DNA from: the human T2T-CHM13v2.0 reference genome, Homo sapiens
DNA length: 64,000 nt
Assembly: GCF_009914755.1 (NCBI RefSeq)
Contig: NC_060936.1
Reading direction: 5' to 3' (one strand)
Below the pieces are notes generated by a model. The model saw nothing but the letters and a program-made list of their open reading frames with translations. It ran no database searches and was not told where the DNA came from. A program made the position numbers and the translations under genes. Below, in pieces: positions 58,528 through 64,000 of this stretch. Position 1 is the first letter of the stretch. Every line of letters begins with the position of its first letter.

Positions 58528-58695
58528 ATTTATAATCTTCTGTAACTTCGTGTGACCACACATATTCAAAATTCCTGTATCAATTTGACTCACTGCCACA
58601 TTTCCTTCTGTGGGGAAGAGGAAACTACAGACCTCAAATGGCTTTTACATTGCCGGCATGACAAGTTCCCTGTACATATGGAATAGCAGATGCCT
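58528..58695 (+). repeat. Inverted repeat arm A (168 bp)
   Basis: Reverse complement of 61137-61304 at 162/168 identity with no indels. Confidence 0.96.
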
Positions 58696-61136
58696 CCTTT
58701 CAAGGCTGCTCTTGACATTGTGGTTGTTAATGATTCTTCCATTTGGGAATATTTCCGTTCTGTACCAAAAACCTATCTAAGGGGCAAAGGAAAGTGGTGA
58801 AAACGGGCACAATACAGATGCCAGCAAGTTTCCCAGTTGGTCATGATCAACACATCATTCCAGAAGGAATAACTGCGGGGGGGCGGGGGGATTAGGGAGG
58901 GGAATAAAAACAAATTTTGGCAGACCCAAGCTTAGAAGAAAAACAATACTTTCACCGAATTTAGCCTCTGCTCTCTGTCATAGAAAATTATAATAAGTAC
59001 ACGAGAATTGCATTCAATTTTGGTCAAGTATTATTCTTGGAATATGCATTAGTCAGAATTGGCCTCATTAGAAGGGCACTTTTTGAACAGCAGTGTAGTG
59101 GTTCACAAGGCATGTAGACTCCTGAGAGGGTGTGATGCGGGTTTAAGAAGCTTATTTCATGTCCAATATCATTTACATTTCAAACTAGGACTCAAACCAG
59201 GGCTTATATTGAAACTTCAAATGACAAGAGGTAGAGCAAAATACATTCATCTATAAACATGCAATAATGTTATCAGAATTGCCACAACCCATTAATTATA
59301 AACATAAGCCTAGCTATTGACACTATGGCTCAGGCACTGGGCTTTTTTTCCCTGCTTCTGATAAGTCAGCATTTCCATTGAACCTATGCATGCCTTAAAA
59401 TTCTCATACCAGTCTACACTGAGGCATGTGTTTTTATTTTGCTTTCTATTTATAATCTTTATTTTGAAAACAACAATTGTGGTTTGGATTTACCATGAGG
59501 AGGCTGAATTTTACACATGCAAAGACTCATTTTTTTTGTAGACTTCATTTTTAGCTATATTATCTGATTTGCTATCATCCCAGGAGTATAAAGTATATAC
59601 AGTATACATTACCAAACACATTTAACGGATGAGGAAAATGAAGGTAGAAGAAAAGTAGCTTGACCAAACCAACAGTAAAGCTTTAGGGGTATTTCACTGA
59701 GTTAGAACTGGTCAAAGGACTAGATTGGGAGAGACGTAGAAGAAAATCTTACCTACATTTTACCCAGGGCAGAAAGACTAAGCAATTAAACCTTGATGGG
59801 TTCTGTATCTTCATTCTTAATAGCAATTCCAAAATTTGGTAATCCAGAGTAAAGAAGCCAAAAACTCAGAAGATATTAAATCTATTTACCTGTGTTCTAG
59901 GGGAGGATTCAAGCCCTCACATCAGAGCAAAGGTATTTCCAGCTGATTTGGGCTTTCCCCTTAAAATGTATCTGTTGTCCTTCTATGATACAGACAAGCA
60001 CATGTTTATTCTAGGTGCTGTCAAGACTGTTTATGTCTTCAAGACTGGTGCTGACTCCAACTCTAGCACCGAGGTACTTTTTTTTGATGACTACTTACAG
60101 GAAAAGATTGACCTAGTGGGACCCACCGAAGCTTTTATCCAGATTTGAGGAGTGTATATTTGAAGGAGCTGCACTCTCTGAGGTAGCAGAGAGAGTATCA
60201 GTGAAGCTTGGGCACTTAACTTGTCCTGTCTTCCAAATGAGTGTTTCTCACAGGATTCTAGTTTTCTGCTTCTGACTTAAGCCAGAAAGTACACAGGTGT
60301 GTTTAACTCAGTACTAAAGTTAAAATCTATGAACTTTTTCAGACCTCACATGTTCAGGTTTGATTTTATTGTGGCAACTAGGTTTTAGGCAGGTTCTTAT
60401 TTCTTTTGAACCAGGTTATCTAGCCCCTATTTTTCCATCAAAGAATCTCAGTTAACTTTGATTTTTAATTCTCAGACACCCTACTCACTGAATCACCCAC
60501 CCCGCCTTCATACCCTGCTATTTTATTCCATATAAGGCCTTGAAATGTACTCACCTTACTCAGTGAAAATCCCTCTGGGGTGAGGAGCTGCCAGAGCATT
60601 AGAAATGTGATCTAAAGTAGCTAAGCTTGAGACTGGTCACGTCCAGGTTGGAAGGTATCAGGTATAAAATGAGAAAAAAAATTTTATCTCACAGCACTTA
60701 TCAGACCATCTTCTTATAAGACTTTTCTTTAGTTTTTAGTTCATTTCTTGGTTTTTCTGGAAAAATGCTGCAGTTATGTTGCTCATGCAGCCAAAAATCT
60801 GCACTTAATTGGGCACATAAAAAAATAGCAGACAGGAAGTCTATTTCCTCACAGAGAGATATTGTGGTTTATGGACGCTGCTTTCATACTGCAAAGCCAG
60901 TGCATTATTTTATTTTTTAGTACACTCCTGGTAAGATGTCCCTGGCAACCAGAGAGCTATAAGTGCCCACCAGAATCAGTATCAGCACAGGTAGAGTTAC
61001 TCAATTACAAAATATTAGTTTAATATTGGTTTGATTTTTGAATCAACCTTAAGTTTCTGAATTTTTCTAGGTGCTAGAGAAATAGAGAATTTAATATTTA
61101 TGTACGCACTGAAAAGGAATATATATATATATACAT

Positions 61137-61304
61137 AGGCATCTGCTATTCCATATGTACAGGGAACTTGTCATGCCGGCAATGTAAAAGCCATTTGAGG
61201 TCTGTAGCTTCCTCTTCCCCACAGAAGGAAATGTGGCAGTGAGTCAAATTGATACAGGAATTTTAAATATGTGAGGTCACACAAAGTTAGAGAACATTAT
61301 AAAT
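61137..61304 (-). repeat. Inverted repeat arm B (168 bp)
   Basis: Reverse complement of 58528-58695; bounded by (AT)n tracts on both sides. Confidence 0.96.
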
Positions 61305-62807
61305 ATATATATATATTCTCTAGAGAGACTGCATCGCACAAATCGAAGTGCATGGACTATCCATGGGTTCTGGGAAAACATTTAAGTTGCCTGTGTGACT
61401 TCCCCTGCACACACCCTCATTCCTCTCCCCTTGGGAACCAGACAGTTTCCTGAAGACTATCAAATTACAAAGAGGAAGGAAGCGCTCATCTGCAGATTGG
61501 CGATGCTTACTTTTCCAGTTGTCTTTCAATCTCTATTCTTCACATTCTTTGTTTTCATGTTCAAATCTCCCATATTTGAGTGATAATAATTAAATTCCCA
61601 AGAATTCAAACAGATTTTTAGAGTCCAGCTTACTATTTATAAATGAGGAAAGTAAGACAAAAAGTAATTCAGTTGTTTTTTTTTTTTTTCCTAATGACAT
61701 GGAACTTGAGCAGCAGAAACAGGACCGAAACCTGGCTCTTCCCTTATGCCACACTGCCTTTCTATGTGAGTGGAAAAATAAAAATGAAATTGCTCTTCTC
61801 TTGTCACTTGCTTTGAGTGACTGGTACATTTGGTTTTGTCTAATGTACCCTTTCTATCTGCCTGTCTTGGGCACAGTGCCTCATAATTTGGAAAAACATA
61901 TAAGCCCCACATTTTTTTCTAAGGCATGTGAGAAACTGCCATTCGTTTTAAGCAACCTAGTGTCATAAAGTTAGTGTGGGCCTAATACCACTTAAAAGTT
62001 AAATGAGGGCTTTTGTGTAATTGTTTTGCCTTCTAATTCAAACTAAGCCACAGGTAATCAAGTCTTTTCCTAATACCCCAGGCTTTGTAGAAACTAAAAC
62101 CTATCCGGTTTGTACAGGTATCACCAGCCTCAAACTGGAATTGTCTAATGCTCTGGTCAACTCAACCCATGGAGGGGGTTTACATCATCTAGTGTTTTTG
62201 CATAGTCCTTTGTCTGGGACTAATTCTGACACTTTGCCTGCCAGGGAAGATAAAAGTTAACAGCCTTTCTCCAGACTCTGTGATGGGAACTTGATCAAGG
62301 AGAATCAGAGGGTTTAGACTCAGTCTCAGTTTCTCCAACTTGTCTCTGGTTCTTTGGCGCAGTCTTCAAAGTAATAAACCTAACGGGAAACGAACTATTG
62401 CATATGGTCACGGCTGGCTGTATGTTGATTTGAAACACAATTCCTATCCTTTCATTATTATCTAGGGGAATCATATGTGGGGCTGAATATCTCTGCCAGC
62501 TGATTTGGGAATTTGGGAGTGGGGAGTGGAATGGGCACTTTCTTATTCTACAAGAATGACTGTTCTAGATTTTCTTGGTGCTGGCTTGGCATCAACTACC
62601 TCACACAGAAAGGGAAAAAATAATAATTATTATCATTTATTATCAAGTTACTACTCAATATCAGGGCTGGTTCCAGAATCTTCATCTATATTATCTAATC
62701 CTTCAAATCACTGTACAAGGTATGTTTTATTATCCTTTTTTTATAGATAAAGGGAGAGTCAAGTTCTTTCTATCACTCTCAGTCTAAAGTCCAAATCTCT
62801 TAACAGG

Positions 62808-63050
62808 AAGAGGCAGGAAAGTGTCATAGTTAAGAGTACAAACCCTACAGCTAGGCTGCCTGGCGTTAAATATCCGAACTGCCATTAGTAGTTATGCTAA
62901 CTTAGGCGAGTTACTTAGGTTTTCTATGCTTCAGTTTCTGCATCTGTAAAATGGGGACCCAACTTTATATGATTGTTAGATGGTTAACCATTTAATAAAT
63001 TTAAAGTGTGTAGAGCACTGCCCAGCACACTGTTTTAAAGTTAGCTAATA
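62808..63050 (+). mobile_element. MIR
   Basis: cttaggcgagttacttaggttttctatgcttcagtttctgcatctgtaaaatgggga core. Confidence 0.8.
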
Positions 63051-64000
63051 TTCTTATTATTACAATTATTATTATTACTATTATTAGCAACAGAATGTTG
63101 AATGAGACTTATCTCAGATTTCAGCTAAAGCCTCAAAGTTGGGACCACTAGATGCTAAGATACCCCCACATTTTAAAGAAATTCTGCAGGACTTCCTGAA
63201 ATGTAGCTCAGTGGTCCTGATTCCATCCCCCACATTACCACTTATATAGGGAAAAGATTAGACATTCAAGAATCTTTTGAAACAGAGAATGCATAGGACT
63301 AGTACATTTTCAGTAAGCAGTGCTGTGGTAAGTAGTGCTGTAGCATTTCTCCAAGACAAGTAAGAGGTCCTAAACACCACGAGTCCCCTGGAAGAAGAGA
63401 CTGGGGCCTCATCCTGGAGGCTTGCTATGCTAGAACATCTGCAAGCTGCTCCACTGTTGCCCCTTAGGCAGAGTGTGGGAAGAGAATTCTGGGAAGTCTG
63501 GAGCCTGACAAACAGAAAGATTCATGCTTGCCTCTTACCAGGTAGATTCTTACAGAGCAGCCCTTTATAGTGCAGTGAGGAAAGAGAACTAGAATGGCCC
63601 AGCTTGCATATATACATATATAAAATACGTTTATATGTCTATGTATATATGTGTGTGTATATATTCATATACATTCATAAAAGTTATAAAGTAAAATAAG
63701 TCTTTTCGTTACTGAATGTATCTTAGTTCCCTGCCCAGCACGATTACTTCCCTGGGCCTTGTAGCTTAAGGTGCTGGGCAGGGCCAAAGGAGACATGTTT
63801 CTGGGCAAGAAAGCACAGAAGAACTCCATTCTAAAGTTGTGAGTGTGACCTCTGCAGCACAGGTGGCTATGTGGACAGCCTATATGGACAGCCTCAAGAG
63901 AGGACATCTTTTATGTGGAGGCTTAGTGAAAGGAAACAGACATTGTTGAAGAGTGGGGCTAAAAGAGCGATAATTATTGGCAAGCTCAGGCTGAGAGCTG

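Noticed and set aside
58528-61304. Inverted arms as the TIRs of a DNA transposon
   Set aside because: No TSD, no recognisable terminal motif, no transposase remnant, and identity too high for extinct primate DNA transposons

Overview
This is primate (human-like) non-coding genomic DNA, intronic or intergenic, AT-rich and CpG-depleted, with a large fraction made of interspersed repeats. These include about 12 Alu copies (J/S/Y types), several L1 elements (a near full-length L1MA, two 5'-inverted twin-priming insertions, two L1PA 3' ends), five MaLR LTRs, an ERV1-type LTR, a decayed ERVL pro/pol segment, MIR/L2 remnants and small DNA-transposon MITEs. I cannot support any host protein-coding exon or name a gene; the listed ORFs are Alu-, L1- or ERV-derived or look like chance. 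There are no CRISPR arrays, rRNA or tRNA genes. The most unusual signals are local DNA-repair/template-switch scars. (1) A 168-bp, 96%-identical inverted repeat of non-repeat-like sequence flanks a 2.44-kb spacer (58528-61304), with the second copy embedded in an (AT)n tract. (2) A compound scar at 13946-14148 combines two fold-back palindromes, a 121-bp copy of an L1 segment 2.54 kb downstream and a (CATGA)3 stutter. (3) An Alu carries two internal fold-back insertions (25738-25908). (4) A ~95-bp tandem duplication sits at an Alu tail. I found no convincing new gene system. Repeat subfamily names are from memory of consensus sequences and are tentative.
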